A DNA stretch of 64,000 nt, taken from contig CAWAIF010000003.1 in the NCBI GenBank assembly GCA_963782055.1, positions 2,432,001 through 2,496,000 on the forward strand, in the 5' to 3' direction. The position numbers were made by a program, and so were the translations under genes. This DNA is from an uncultured delta proteobacterium (GTDB taxonomy: Bacteria; Myxococcota_A; Polyangia; Polyangiales; Polyangiaceae). Numbering within the stretch: the stretch's first letter is position 1; each line of letters opens with the position of its first letter. Positions 52,016 through 60,979 of this stretch are shown here, piece by piece. The notes beneath the pieces were generated by a model. The model searched no databases, was not told where the DNA came from, and was given only the letters and a program-made list of their open reading frames with translations.

Positions 52016-53118
52016 CCGATCGCGTCCCCATGCTCGACCTGCGCGCGCAGTACGCGTCCATCCGCGCGGAGGTGGACGCGGCGATGGCGCGCGTCGTGGA
52101 GTCACAGCGCTTCATCCTGGGGCCGGAGGTCGAGGCGCTGGAGGGGGAGATCGCGGCGTACTGCGGCTGCACGTACGCCGTGGGTGTCTCGTCCGGGACG
52201 GACGCCTTGCTCGCCGCGCTCATGGCGCTCGGCGTGGGCCCCGGCGACGAGGTGATCACCACGCCCTTCACCTTCGCCGCGACGGCCACCGCCATCGCGC
52301 GGCTGGGGGCGCGCGCGGTGTTCGTGGACCTCGAGCCGCGGACCTTCAACGTGGACGTGACGCGCGTGGCCGATGCGATGACGCCCCGCACTCGCGCGAT
52401 CGTGCCGGTGCACCTCTACGGGCAGATGGCGGAGGTCCTCGCGCTCCGGGAGATCGCGGGGGACGTGCCCGTCGTGGAGGACGCGGCGCAGGCGATCGGT
52501 GCAGAGCAGGATGGGCGGCGCGCCGGCTCGGTCGGCCGCGCGGGGGCGCTGAGCTTCTTCCCGTCGAAGAACCTTGGTGCCTTCGGAGACGGCGGGATGG
52601 TGCTGACGAGCGACGCCGCGCTCGCCGAGCGGGTGCGCGTGCTGCGCAGTCAGGGGCAGCGCGCGCGCCACGAGGTGGTGGAGATCGGCGGCAACTTCCG
52701 GCTGGACGCGCTGCAAGCGGCGGTGCTGCGGGTGAAGCTGCGGCACCTGGACGCGTGGACGGAGGCGCGGCAGCGGAACGCGGCGCGCTACGCGGAGCTG
52801 CTCGCGTCGGCGAGCGTTCCCGTCACGATGCCGGTCACGCTGCCCGGCCGCCGTCACGTCTTCAACCAGCTCGTCGTGCGCGTCCCGCGGCGCGACGCGC
52901 TGCGCGCGCACCTGGCCGCGCGCGGGATCGCGAGCGAAGTCTACTACCCGACCCCGCTGCACCTGCAGCCGGCGTTCGCGGCGTGGGGCGGCGAGCCGGG
53001 CGATTTCCCCGAGGCCGAGCGCGCGTCGCGGGAGGTGCTGGCGCTGCCGGTGTACCCCGAGCTCACGGAGGACCAGATCGGGGAGGTCGTCGGCGCGATC
53101 CGAGACTTCTCCTTCTGA
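52012..53118 (+). CDS. DegT/DnrJ aminotransferase (WbpE-like)
   Basis: [59 protein letters not shown]. Confidence 0.92.
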   Translation: MTDRVPMLDLRAQYASIRAEVDAAMARVVESQRFILGPEVEALEGEIAAYCGCTYAVGVSSGTDALLAALMALGVGPGDEVITTPFTFAATATAIARLGARAVFVDLEPRTFNVDVTRVADAMTPRTRAIVPVHLYGQMAEVLALREIAGDVPVVEDAAQAIGAEQDGRRAGSVGRAGALSFFPSKNLGAFGDGGMVLTSDAALAERVRVLRSQGQRARHEVVEIGGNFRLDALQAAVLRVKLRHLDAWTEARQRNAARYAELLASASVPVTMPVTLPGRRHVFNQLVVRVPRRDALRAHLAARGIASEVYYPTPLHLQPAFAAWGGEPGDFPEAERASREVLALPVYPELTEDQIGEVVGAIRDFSF

Positions 53119-53121
53119 CTG

Positions 53122-53265
53122 GCGCCCGCGCCCGCCCCCGCGGTCGCGCTCGCGCCCGCCCCCGCGCCCGCGCCCGCGCTCGCGCCCGCCCCCGCGCCCG
53201 CGCCCGCCCCCGCGCTCGCGCTCGCGCTCGCGCCCGCGCCCGCCCCCGCGCTCGCGCTCGCGCTC
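53122..53265. repeat. Low-complexity hexamer array (GCGCCC/GCGCTC/GCCCCC)
   Basis: Direct reading. Confidence 0.9.
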
Positions 53266-53295
53266 TCCCGCATTCCCGAAGGTGAAGGAGACAAG

Positions 53296-53528
53296 GTGAA
53301 GGGAAGGGGAAAGGGAGAGGGGGAAGGGAGAGGGGGAAGGGAGAGGGGAAAGGGAGAGGGGGAAGGGAGAGGGGAAAGGGAGAGGGGGAAGGGAGAGGGG
53401 GAAGGGAGAGGGGGAAGGGAGAGGGGAAAGGGAGAGGGGAAAGGGAGAGGGGAAGGGAGAGGGGAAGGGAGAGGGGAAGGGGAGAGGGGAAAGGGAGAGG
53501 GGAAAGGGAGAGGGGAAAGGGAGAGGGG
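53296..53528. repeat. Purine-only tandem array (GGGAGAGGGG(G/A)AA, 12-13-bp unit)
   Basis: About 230 bp composed essentially only of G and A on the + strand. Confidence 0.9.
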
Positions 53529-53529
53529 C

Positions 53530-53732
53530 TCTCGCTCGGGGGAGGGGATGGTCCCGCCGTGCTCGGAGTCCGCAAGGCCGGGGCCGTCCTCGCCGTGCTC
53601 GGGCGCTACGCGCCCTGCGCGCGGCTCCGGGCGGTGCTCGCTGGCGCTCGCAGCCTTGCGGACTCCTGCGCGCGGCGGGTCGGGCCATGGGCCCCGCGCG
53701 CGGTGCGCGGGCGTTTGCCAAAGGAGCTCGTG
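53530..53732 (+). promoter_or_regulatory. Conserved structured leader upstream of four-helix-bundle gene 1
   Basis: 14-bp perfect stem GGAGTCCGCAAGGC (53565-78) / GCCTTGCGGACTCC (53653-66); homologous to the reverse complement of 54752-54916. Confidence 0.6.
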
Positions 53733-54059
53733 ATGAATCTTCGAATCTACCCCGTGGTGCTGGAGCTGGTGCGGGAGGTCGGGCCGCGGCTGCGGGAGCT
53801 CGCGCGGCACGATCCGGATCTCGCGCGGCAGTGCCGCAGGGCGCTGGCGAGCGTGCCGCTCAACGTGGCGGAGGGCGCGTTCGCTCGGGGGCGGAACAAG
53901 CAGGCGCGCTACCACACCGCGCTCGGCTCGCTGCGCGAGACGCAGGCGTGCTTCGAGGTCGCCGAGGCGCTCGGCTACATGCCGGCGCTGGACGCGGGGC
54001 TTCGAGCGCGCTTCCGGCAGGTGCTCGGCACGCTGGTGCGGCTGGCCGGCGCGCACTGA
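53733..54059 (+). CDS. Four-helix bundle protein (23S rRNA-IVP / Avd-like family), copy 1
   Basis: AAGGAG RBS; LRIYP...DLARQCRRALASVPLNVAEG.....ARY..ALGSLRET. Confidence 0.88.
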   Translation: MNLRIYPVVLELVREVGPRLRELARHDPDLARQCRRALASVPLNVAEGAFARGRNKQARYHTALGSLRETQACFEVAEALGYMPALDAGLRARFRQVLGTLVRLAGAH

Positions 54060-54427
54060 GAGCGTGAGCAAGAATTGCTCACGCTTCCGAATCGCGCGGT
54101 GAAGCCGCGCGCCGCGTCGGTGGGGACCCCGAAAAACCGCGTTTTTCGGGTCGGGGCGGCGCGTGCCGCCCCGAGATGACAAGGCAAGAGCGTGAGCGGA
54201 AGGATTTCTGCTCACGCTCTGACCCGACGCCGCGGTCTCCGGCAGGCTTCAACCGCCCCGCCGGAGACCGCCCGCATGCTCCGCGATCCTGGCACCCCCA
54301 CTCCTTCTCCCTCCACCTTGTCCCACCCCCTTCTCCCTCCCCCCTCCCCATTCGCGCCCGCGCCCGCGCCCGTCCCCCCGGATCGGCAACGTCGCCGATC
54401 TTTCGGCAACGTTGCCGATCGCGCGCC
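54060..54427. repeat. Hairpin-dense spacer between the convergent genes
   Basis: Stems at 54061-85, 54128-50, 54151-74, 54187-220, 54232-71 and 54381-420. Confidence 0.75.
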
Positions 54428-54751
54428 TCAGCGCGCCCCGACGAGGCGCACCAGCGTGCCGAGCACGTGATCCACGCGATCGCGCAGCCCGTCCGGGAGT
54501 TCCTGCAAGTAGCCGAGCGCCGTGGCCACCTCGAAGCAAGCCAGCACCTCCCGGAGCGAGCCGAGGGCGTTGTGGTAGCGCGCCCTGCGGTTTCGCCCCT
54601 GCGAGTACATCCCCTCGGCCACGTTGAGCGGTGCGCTCGCCAGCGCGCGCCGGCACTGCCGCGCGAGATCCGGATCATGCCGCTCCAGCTCTCGCACCAG
54701 AGGTGCTAGCGCCCGCACGAGCTCCAGCAGCACAGGATAGATTCGCAACAT
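54428..54751 (-). CDS. Four-helix bundle protein, copy 2
   Basis: GAGGAG RBS; MLRIYPVLLELVR...DLARQCRRALASAPLNVAEG...ALGSLREV. Confidence 0.88.
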   Translation of the reverse strand: MLRIYPVLLELVRALAPLVRELERHDPDLARQCRRALASAPLNVAEGMYSQGRNRRARYHNALGSLREVLACFEVATALGYLQELPDGLRDRVDHVLGTLVRLVGAR

Positions 54752-54916
54752 CGTCGACTCCTCGCATGCGCCCGCGCACCGTGCGCGGGGGCCCCCGCCC
54801 AAGCCCGCCGCGCGCAGGAGTCCGCAAGGCTGCGAGCGCCAGCGAGCACGGCGAGGCCGGCCCCGGCCTTGCGGACTCCGAGCACGGCGGGACGATGACC
54901 TACCCCCGAGCGATGC
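54752..54916 (-). promoter_or_regulatory. Conserved structured leader upstream of four-helix-bundle gene 2
   Basis: Same 14-bp stem at 54817-30 / 54866-79. Confidence 0.6.
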
Positions 54917-54951
54917 CCTTCCCACACGTGTCAGCGATGTCCTGTCCTACG

Positions 54952-55085
54952 CCGCCCGCGCCCGCCCTCGCGCCGCGCCCGCCCTCGCGCCGCGCCCGCC
55001 CTCGCGCCCGCGCTCGCCCTCGCGCCCGCGCTCGCCCTCGCGCCCGCGCTCGCCCTCGCGCCCGCGCTCGCCCCGCCCCCCCCCG
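54952..55085. repeat. Low-complexity array with CGCGCCCGCGCTCGCCCT 18-mers
   Basis: Direct reading, about 4 near-perfect units plus degenerate ones. Confidence 0.85.
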
Positions 55086-55101
55086 CGCCTGCGGTGTGGG
55101 C

Positions 55102-55710
55102 TCAGCCCTCTGGCCTCGGCAAGCGCTTCGCCGTGGGAACCTCCGGAGGGAGCTGGTCCAGCCCCGAGTACACCTCGTCGAGCGGGACCTGGATCCCCGC
55201 GCTGTCCAGTCGCACCGCCCCGTGGCCGGCGTGCGTGTGCAGGACCCACTCCTCCGGGTTGTCCGTCGCGCGAACGTAGCGCTCGACGAACGGCTCGTCG
55301 GTGGCCACGAGGAGGATCTCCTTCACCGACTCGACGCGCCGGTAGTGGGCGAACTTCGCGCCGCGATCGTAGGCCTCGGTGGAGGGGGAGAGCACCTCGA
55401 CGAGCACCGTGGGGTTCACCACGGTGTCGTCGTGGCCTGGGTGCGCCCGCACGCCCCCGCACACGATGGTCAGGTCCGGGTACGTGTAGAGGCCCGTCTG
55501 GTGCACGAGGATGCGCTGGTCGCTCGTGAGGGCGACGCAGGGCTTGCCGCGCAGTCGCGTGGCGACCGCGGCCGTGAGGTTGGCGCTCACGAGGTTGTGT
55601 CGCGGGGTCCCGCCGGCCATCGCGAACACCTGTCCGTCGAGGTACTCGCTCTTGCTCTCGGCGGATCGCTCCCGGGCGATGTACTCGTCCTCCGAGAGGC
55701 GGCCGGTCAT
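55102..55710 (-). CDS. Uma2/DUF820 family endonuclease (copy C, different subfamily)
   Basis: EYLDGQVFAMAGG...H, YTYPD, NPTVLVEVLSPSTEAYDRGAKF..Y. Confidence 0.92.
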   Translation of the reverse strand: MTGRLSEDEYIARERSAESKSEYLDGQVFAMAGGTPRHNLVSANLTAAVATRLRGKPCVALTSDQRILVHQTGLYTYPDLTIVCGGVRAHPGHDDTVVNPTVLVEVLSPSTEAYDRGAKFAHYRRVESVKEILLVATDEPFVERYVRATDNPEEWVLHTHAGHGAVRLDSAGIQVPLDEVYSGLDQLPPEVPTAKRLPRPEG

Positions 55711-56624
55711 CTCTTCCCCTGCACCTTCTTGCTGTAGATCGTCGCCCCCAGCGTCGCCGGGTCGGTCCGCTTCAGCGGGGCGTCCCCCAGCCGCGACGTC
55801 ACCGTCTCCGCCTGCCACCACACCATCCGCGCGAGCGCACGCGCGCGGTCCACCGGGCGGTCCGCCGCCGCGCGCGCGAGCACGCGCAGGGCGAGCTGTC
55901 CGCGCGGCTCGATGCTTCGCAGCCACTGCATGGCGCGCACGTACCTCGCGCGGGGCGGACGGCGAGCAATCCGCTCGCGCACCTCCGCCCAGGCCGCCAC
56001 GCCTCGCTCGCGCGCCATCCAGTCGGCGACGACCCAGCCCACCGTGGCGCAGCCCGCCTCTCGCAGGCGCCCGACGAGCCGCTGCGCGTCGAACTCCGCG
56101 CGCTCCGGGATGCGCTCGACGTCCTTCAGGGACCACGCGAAGGCGTGGATGAACTTGTCCTTGAAGACGTTCTGCACCAGCACCAGCGCGTGGTCGTCGA
56201 AGTCGGGGAGCAGGTGCGGGAAGCCGAAGACGTCGCTGCGCGTCGCGCGCGCGATCATGTCGTCCACCGTCACGCGGCAGAGGCCCGGCGGGCCGGGGAA
56301 GCTCTCCACGTCGACCATCACCTCGCGGAGGACGAAGCCGACGTTCCTGTAGGCGCGCATCCGCTGAAAGACGCGCCAGCCCTCGCGTCGACCGAGCGCG
56401 AGCACACGATCGAAGTCGCGCGGGCGGATGCGCACGTCCACGTCGGTGAGCGGGCGATCCGCGACGTCGTCGTAGAGGGTGCGCGCGCTGACGATGCCCT
56501 TGACCGGCAGCACGTCGATGCCCGCGCGGTCGCACGCGCGGGTGAAGTCGCGCAGCGCCTCGAGGTGACGCACCTGCAGCGCCCACGCGGTGAGCCGGTC
56601 CCGGCTCGCAGCTCTGGTGCTCAC
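55707..56624 (-). CDS. Uncharacterised nucleotidyltransferase (NTP_transf_5-like)
   Basis: LPVKG...LY....RPLTDVDV motif; GTG 56624 overlaps the upstream stop. Confidence 0.8.
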   Translation of the reverse strand: MSTRAASRDRLTAWALQVRHLEALRDFTRACDRAGIDVLPVKGIVSARTLYDDVADRPLTDVDVRIRPRDFDRVLALGRREGWRVFQRMRAYRNVGFVLREVMVDVESFPGPPGLCRVTVDDMIARATRSDVFGFPHLLPDFDDHALVLVQNVFKDKFIHAFAWSLKDVERIPERAEFDAQRLVGRLREAGCATVGWVVADWMARERGVAAWAEVRERIARRPPRARYVRAMQWLRSIEPRGQLALRVLARAAADRPVDRARALARMVWWQAETVTSRLGDAPLKRTDPATLGATIYSKKVQGKR

Positions 56625-56839
56625 CTCGGGCTCACGCCTCTCCGCGCGCGCCACTCTTCCCACGTCATGACGCGTCCGGGCGCGTCCATCGGGCGGTCCA
56701 GGAGCCACGCGCGCAGGCGCGCGCCAATCTGCGCGTCGGTCTCCTCCGGGTGTGCGCGGCGGAGCTGCAGGCGCTTCATGTCAATCCCGGCCTCCATGAG
56801 GTCGAGGGCGAGAAGGCCCCTGGCGGCGGTCTTGTCCAC
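56621..56839 (-). CDS. Small protein resembling NTase-associated antitoxins
   Basis: LDLMEAG.....LRRAHPEETDAQIGARLRAWL; TATCCT -10 element 7 nt upstream. Confidence 0.6.
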   Translation of the reverse strand: MDKTAARGLLALDLMEAGIDMKRLQLRRAHPEETDAQIGARLRAWLLDRPMDAPGRVMTWEEWRARRGVSPR

Positions 56840-56950
56840 GGCTCGTAGGATAGCGCACCCGTCGTCGGACGTCCGGCGCGGGCAACGGCCCCGCCCTTGC
56901 TCGCCGGTTGCCTTTCACGCCGTGGCGCCCAAGTGTAGAGTTGCGCCCTG

Positions 56951-58423
56951 ATGATTACCTTGAAGAGGGTGGGCAAGGGGCTCGCGGCGCTCGTCGTCGT
57001 GGGGGTGGGGGTCGTGGCGTGCAGCGACTCCAAGTGTCCTGCGGGTCAGGCGTGTGATGGGGTGGACGGCGGGGGGATCGCGCCGCCGGACGTGTCCGGC
57101 GGCGGGTGCGACTCCAACAAGCCTGCCGCGCAGGGCGGGTGCGCCGTCGACGACTCCGACGGCTTCTTCGTCGCCGCGGGCGGCAACGACTCCGGGCCCG
57201 GCACCAGGGACCAGCCCTTCCTCACCATCGGCGCGGGCGTGAGCGCGGCGAAGGCGGGCGCGAAGAAGAACGTCTACGTGTGCGCGGGCAAGTACGACGA
57301 GTCCATCGTCATCGACGCGGCCGCGAGCGGCGTCGCGCTGCACGGCGGCTTCGCCTGCCCGGGCAGCGCCGACGCGTGGAAGCACACCGGCGCGCCGACG
57401 CTGGTGCAGCCGTCCAAGCCCGGGCTGGTGCTGAAGGTGGCGGGATCGCCCGCGGTGATCGAGGACCTGTCCCTCGTCGCCGCCGACGCCGTCGATCCTG
57501 GCGACTCCAGCGTGGTGGCGCTGGTCGACGCCGCACCGGGCATGACCTTCCGGCGCGCGACGCTCACCGCCGGCAACGGCATGACCGGCGCCGCCGGCGC
57601 GGCCATCGCGCAGGCCGCGCAGCAGTCGAGCGGGAAGGACGCGACCCTCCAGGCCGAAGGCAACAGCACGACCTGCACGTGCGGCGACGGGTCCAGCACG
57701 ACCGGAGGTCACGGGAGTCACTTTGGCGTCGGGGGCACTGCAGGTCAGCCCACGGTCGATGGCGATCTCACCACGGGGCTGCCCGGCGACAACACGTACT
57801 GCAACGGCACCGGGCACGGTGGTGGCGGGCATGACGGCGACCCAGGCGCGGCGTCGAACGGTGCGACATCGTTCGGACAGTTGACGAGCCAAGGATGGGC
57901 GCCGCAGGGAGGGGCGGTCGGCAAGGCGGGATCCGTGGCGCAGGGCGGCGGAGGGGGCGGCGGTGAGGGGCCCGGTGGAAACGGCGGTGGCGGCGGATGT
58001 GGAGGCTGCGGCGGGGCGGGCGGTGCGGGCGGAGAGGGCGGCGGTGGGAGCATCGCCATCCTCTCGCTCAACTCGACGCTTCGCCTTCAGTTCTCCACGG
58101 TGAGGACCGGCAAGGCGGGCGACGGCGGCGACGGCAACTCCGGCCAGATCGGTCAGGTCGGGGGTGTGGGTGGCGGCGGGGCGCCGGTGAGCACGCCCGG
58201 CTGCGACGGCGGCAATGGCGGCAATGGCGGCAACGGCGGTCCCGGCGGCGGCGGCGCGGGAGGGGTCTCCTACGGCATCGCGTACATCGGCGCCGCGCCC
58301 GACGTGGACACCGTGACCATCATCACGCCCGGCACCGCCGGCAAGGCCGGCCACGGCGGCGCGCCGCAGGTCCCCGCGGGCGACGGCGTCCCCGGCGAGG
58401 CGAAGGCGCAGAAGGCCTTCTGA
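56951..58423 (+). CDS. Gly-rich (PGRS-like) lipoprotein, diverged paralog
   Basis: VVAC lipobox, GFFVAAGGND..PGT...PF.TI, VYVCAG.Y, GGF.C, GGGGGCGGCGG. Confidence 0.85.
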   Translation: MITLKRVGKGLAALVVVGVGVVACSDSKCPAGQACDGVDGGGIAPPDVSGGGCDSNKPAAQGGCAVDDSDGFFVAAGGNDSGPGTRDQPFLTIGAGVSAAKAGAKKNVYVCAGKYDESIVIDAAASGVALHGGFACPGSADAWKHTGAPTLVQPSKPGLVLKVAGSPAVIEDLSLVAADAVDPGDSSVVALVDAAPGMTFRRATLTAGNGMTGAAGAAIAQAAQQSSGKDATLQAEGNSTTCTCGDGSSTTGGHGSHFGVGGTAGQPTVDGDLTTGLPGDNTYCNGTGHGGGGHDGDPGAASNGATSFGQLTSQGWAPQGGAVGKAGSVAQGGGGGGGEGPGGNGGGGGCGGCGGAGGAGGEGGGGSIAILSLNSTLRLQFSTVRTGKAGDGGDGNSGQIGQVGGVGGGGAPVSTPGCDGGNGGNGGNGGPGGGGAGGVSYGIAYIGAAPDVDTVTIITPGTAGKAGHGGAPQVPAGDGVPGEAKAQKAF

Positions 58424-58426
58424 GGA

Positions 58427-60934
58427 CTACCGCCGCGGCGCAGGCGGCGAGGCGTGGATGGGGTCCTCCGGCCACGCGTGCCGCGGGTACTTCCGCATCA
58501 GCTCCTTGCGGATCCCCGCGTAGTGCCGTGACCAGAAGCCGGCGAGATCGGTCGTCACCTGCACCGCGCGCTGGTTGGGCGCGAGCAGGTGCACCACCAG
58601 CGGCGTGCGCCCCTCGCCGATGCGCGGCGTGTCCGTCGTGCCGAAGAAGTCCTGCAGGCGCGAGGCGACGTACGGCGGCTTGCCGGGCTCGTAGCGCACC
58701 TTCACGACGCGGCCGGAGGGGAGCGTGACGCGCGCGGGCGCCATGCGATCGATGCGCGCCGCCGTCGCGCCCAGCTCGGCCCGCAGCAGGTCCACCAGGG
58801 ACACCTCGCGCACCTCCTCCAGGGAGAGCTTGCCCTCGCACGCCGATCGCAGCGCCGCGCGCACGCGCGCCTCGTCGACCTCCGGGACCGCGGGATCGAC
58901 GCCGTGGGCGAAGGCGGCGCGCGCGACGAGCGTCGACAGCTCGCCCGCCGGCGCGAAGGTGTGCGGGCCCTTCGCCAGCGCCACCTCCGCCAGCACCCGC
59001 GCGGTGGCCTCGTCGCGCGGCGCAGGGCCGCGGCTCTCGTCGATGACCAGGCCCTCGTAGACCATGCGGCTCACCGCCTCGACGCGGCCGGAGGCCGGCA
59101 CGAAGACGCGCTCGTCCTCGTCGCGGATGCGCTCCGGCGCGGCGTCGATGAGCTGCATGGCGTCGACGGCGCTGGCCACCCGCACCAGCGGCTTGCCCGC
59201 GCGCTGCTCGGCGTCGACGGCCACCATGAGCGGCGCGTCGCGCACCACGCTGGTCTCGGCGAGCTCCGCCGAGCCGCCGCCGGCGAGGGCGAGGGAGCGG
59301 CCGCTCACCCGGCGGGCGACGCGATCGGTGTATCCTGCAAGGATCGACGCGAGCAGCGCGTCCTCCGACTTCGCGTGGTCCGCGGGCGGCCCCGCGAGGG
59401 GCGCGGCGATCCTCGCCAGCTGCTTCTCCGCGCGCGCGGCGGCGCGCACCGCCCCCGGATCGAGCCCCGCGGCGCGCAGCGCGCCGGCCGAGAAGCCCGC
59501 CGCCTCCGCCTCGCGGAAGGCGTCGAGCATCGCCAGCACGTCGCTCGGCTCGGTGGCGAGGCCCCGGGCGCGCTCGCGATCCCGGCCAGCCAGGCGCACG
59601 TCGCGCTCCCCCAGCAGCGCGGCGATGGCGCAGCCGTCGTCGGTGACGCCGCGCGCGCACGCCTCGACGAGCACGCGGGCGAGGCGCGGGTGGAGCGGAA
59701 AGCGGAGCATCGCGCGTCCGGTCCCGGTGACGCGCCCCTCGTCGTCCAGGGCGGCGAGCCGGCGCAGCAAGGCCTCCGCGGCGTCCCAGGCCGCCGGCGA
59801 CGGCGGGGTGAGCCAGTCCAGCGAGGTGATCCCCGCGGCGCGCAGCTCGAGGAGCGTCGGCGCGAGGTCGACGCGCAAGAGCTCGGGGATCTCGTGCTCG
59901 GGGCGCGTGTCGAGGTCGGCCTTCGTGTACAGGCGGTAGGCGCGGCCCTCCCGCGTGCGCCCCGCGCGGCCGGCGCGCTGCACGCACGAGGCGCGGCTCG
60001 CCTTCTCCACGCGCAGGGTGGGCAGCCCGGACCACGGCGCGTGGCCCGCGCGGCGGACCAGGCCGCTGTCGACCACCGCGACGACGCCGTCGATCGTCAG
60101 GCTGGACTCCGCCACGTTGGTCGACACGATGATCTTCCGGCGGTCCGCGCGCCGCACCGCGCGGTCCTGCTCCTCCGCGGGCAGGTCCCCGTACAGCGGC
60201 AGCAGGAGCGCGTCGTGCTTCGCGGCGAGGGCGCCGCACGCCTCGATGGCGCGGCGGATCTCCGCGGCGCCGGGCAGGAAGACGAGCACGTCACCCTCCG
60301 GCTCGTCGGCGAGGGCGCGTCGCACCGCGGACGCCACGCGCGACTCCAGCGGGCGGTCGTCCTCGCGCTCGGCGTGCTCGACGCGTACGTCGAAGCGCCG
60401 GCCCTCGCTGCGCAGCACCTCGCACCCGAGGAAGTCGGCGACGGGCGTGGCGTCCAGCGTGGCCGACATGGCGATGACGCGGATGTCCGGCCGCGCGGTG
60501 CGCTGCAGGCGGCGGAGCAGGGCGAGGGCGACGTCGGCGTGGACGTGCCGCTCGTGCAGCTCGTCGAGCACCACCACGCTCACGCCGCGCAGCTCCGGGT
60601 CGGAGAGCATGCGGCGGGTGAGCACGCCCTCCGTCACGAAGCGCAGGCGCGTCGCCGCGCTGGTGCGGTCGTCGAAGCGGACGGTGTAGCCGACGCGCTC
60701 GCCCAGCCGCTCGCCGGTCTCCTCCGCCACGCGCTTCGCCGCCATGCGCGTCGCGATGCGTCGCGGCTCGAGCACCACGATCTCCCCGCGCGCCCACGTC
60801 GCGTCCAGGAGCGCGGGCGGCACGCGCGTCGTCTTGCCCGCGCCGGGCGGCGCCTCCAGCACCAGACCTGTCGCGGCCTCGAGTCGCGCGCGGATGTCAG
60901 GCAGCAGTGCGTCGACGGGCAGCGGCTCGCGCAT
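58427..60934 (-). CDS. hrpB: ATP-dependent helicase HrpB
   Basis: APPGAGKTTRVP, DELHER, MSAT, TNVAESSLTI, QRAGRAGR, LLAPNQRAVQVT.DLAGFW, YPRHAWPEDP. Confidence 0.95.
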   Translation of the reverse strand: MREPLPVDALLPDIRARLEAATGLVLEAPPGAGKTTRVPPALLDATWARGEIVVLEPRRIATRMAAKRVAEETGERLGERVGYTVRFDDRTSAATRLRFVTEGVLTRRMLSDPELRGVSVVVLDELHERHVHADVALALLRRLQRTARPDIRVIAMSATLDATPVADFLGCEVLRSEGRRFDVRVEHAEREDDRPLESRVASAVRRALADEPEGDVLVFLPGAAEIRRAIEACGALAAKHDALLLPLYGDLPAEEQDRAVRRADRRKIIVSTNVAESSLTIDGVVAVVDSGLVRRAGHAPWSGLPTLRVEKASRASCVQRAGRAGRTREGRAYRLYTKADLDTRPEHEIPELLRVDLAPTLLELRAAGITSLDWLTPPSPAAWDAAEALLRRLAALDDEGRVTGTGRAMLRFPLHPRLARVLVEACARGVTDDGCAIAALLGERDVRLAGRDRERARGLATEPSDVLAMLDAFREAEAAGFSAGALRAAGLDPGAVRAAARAEKQLARIAAPLAGPPADHAKSEDALLASILAGYTDRVARRVSGRSLALAGGGSAELAETSVVRDAPLMVAVDAEQRAGKPLVRVASAVDAMQLIDAAPERIRDEDERVFVPASGRVEAVSRMVYEGLVIDESRGPAPRDEATARVLAEVALAKGPHTFAPAGELSTLVARAAFAHGVDPAVPEVDEARVRAALRSACEGKLSLEEVREVSLVDLLRAELGATAARIDRMAPARVTLPSGRVVKVRYEPGKPPYVASRLQDFFGTTDTPRIGEGRTPLVVHLLAPNQRAVQVTTDLAGFWSRHYAGIRKELMRKYPRHAWPEDPIHASPPAPRR

Positions 60935-60939
60935 GACGC

Positions 60940-60979
60940 TCCCCCTCTCCCGCGAGGGAGAGGGGGCCGGGGGGTGAGG
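60940..60979. repeat. REP-like palindrome
   Basis: CCCCCTCTCCC-GCGA-GGGAGAGGGGG followed by CCGGGGGGTGAGG. Confidence 0.6.

Noticed and set aside
53063..53733. PSPFPLS- or GEGKG-repeat proteins
   Set aside because: Translations of the low-complexity DNA arrays without RBS or codon support
53122..55085. CRISPR array or DGR
   Set aside because: No constant repeat with unique spacers, no cas genes, no reverse transcriptase and no TR/VR pair with adenine-specific differences, despite the Avd-like proteins
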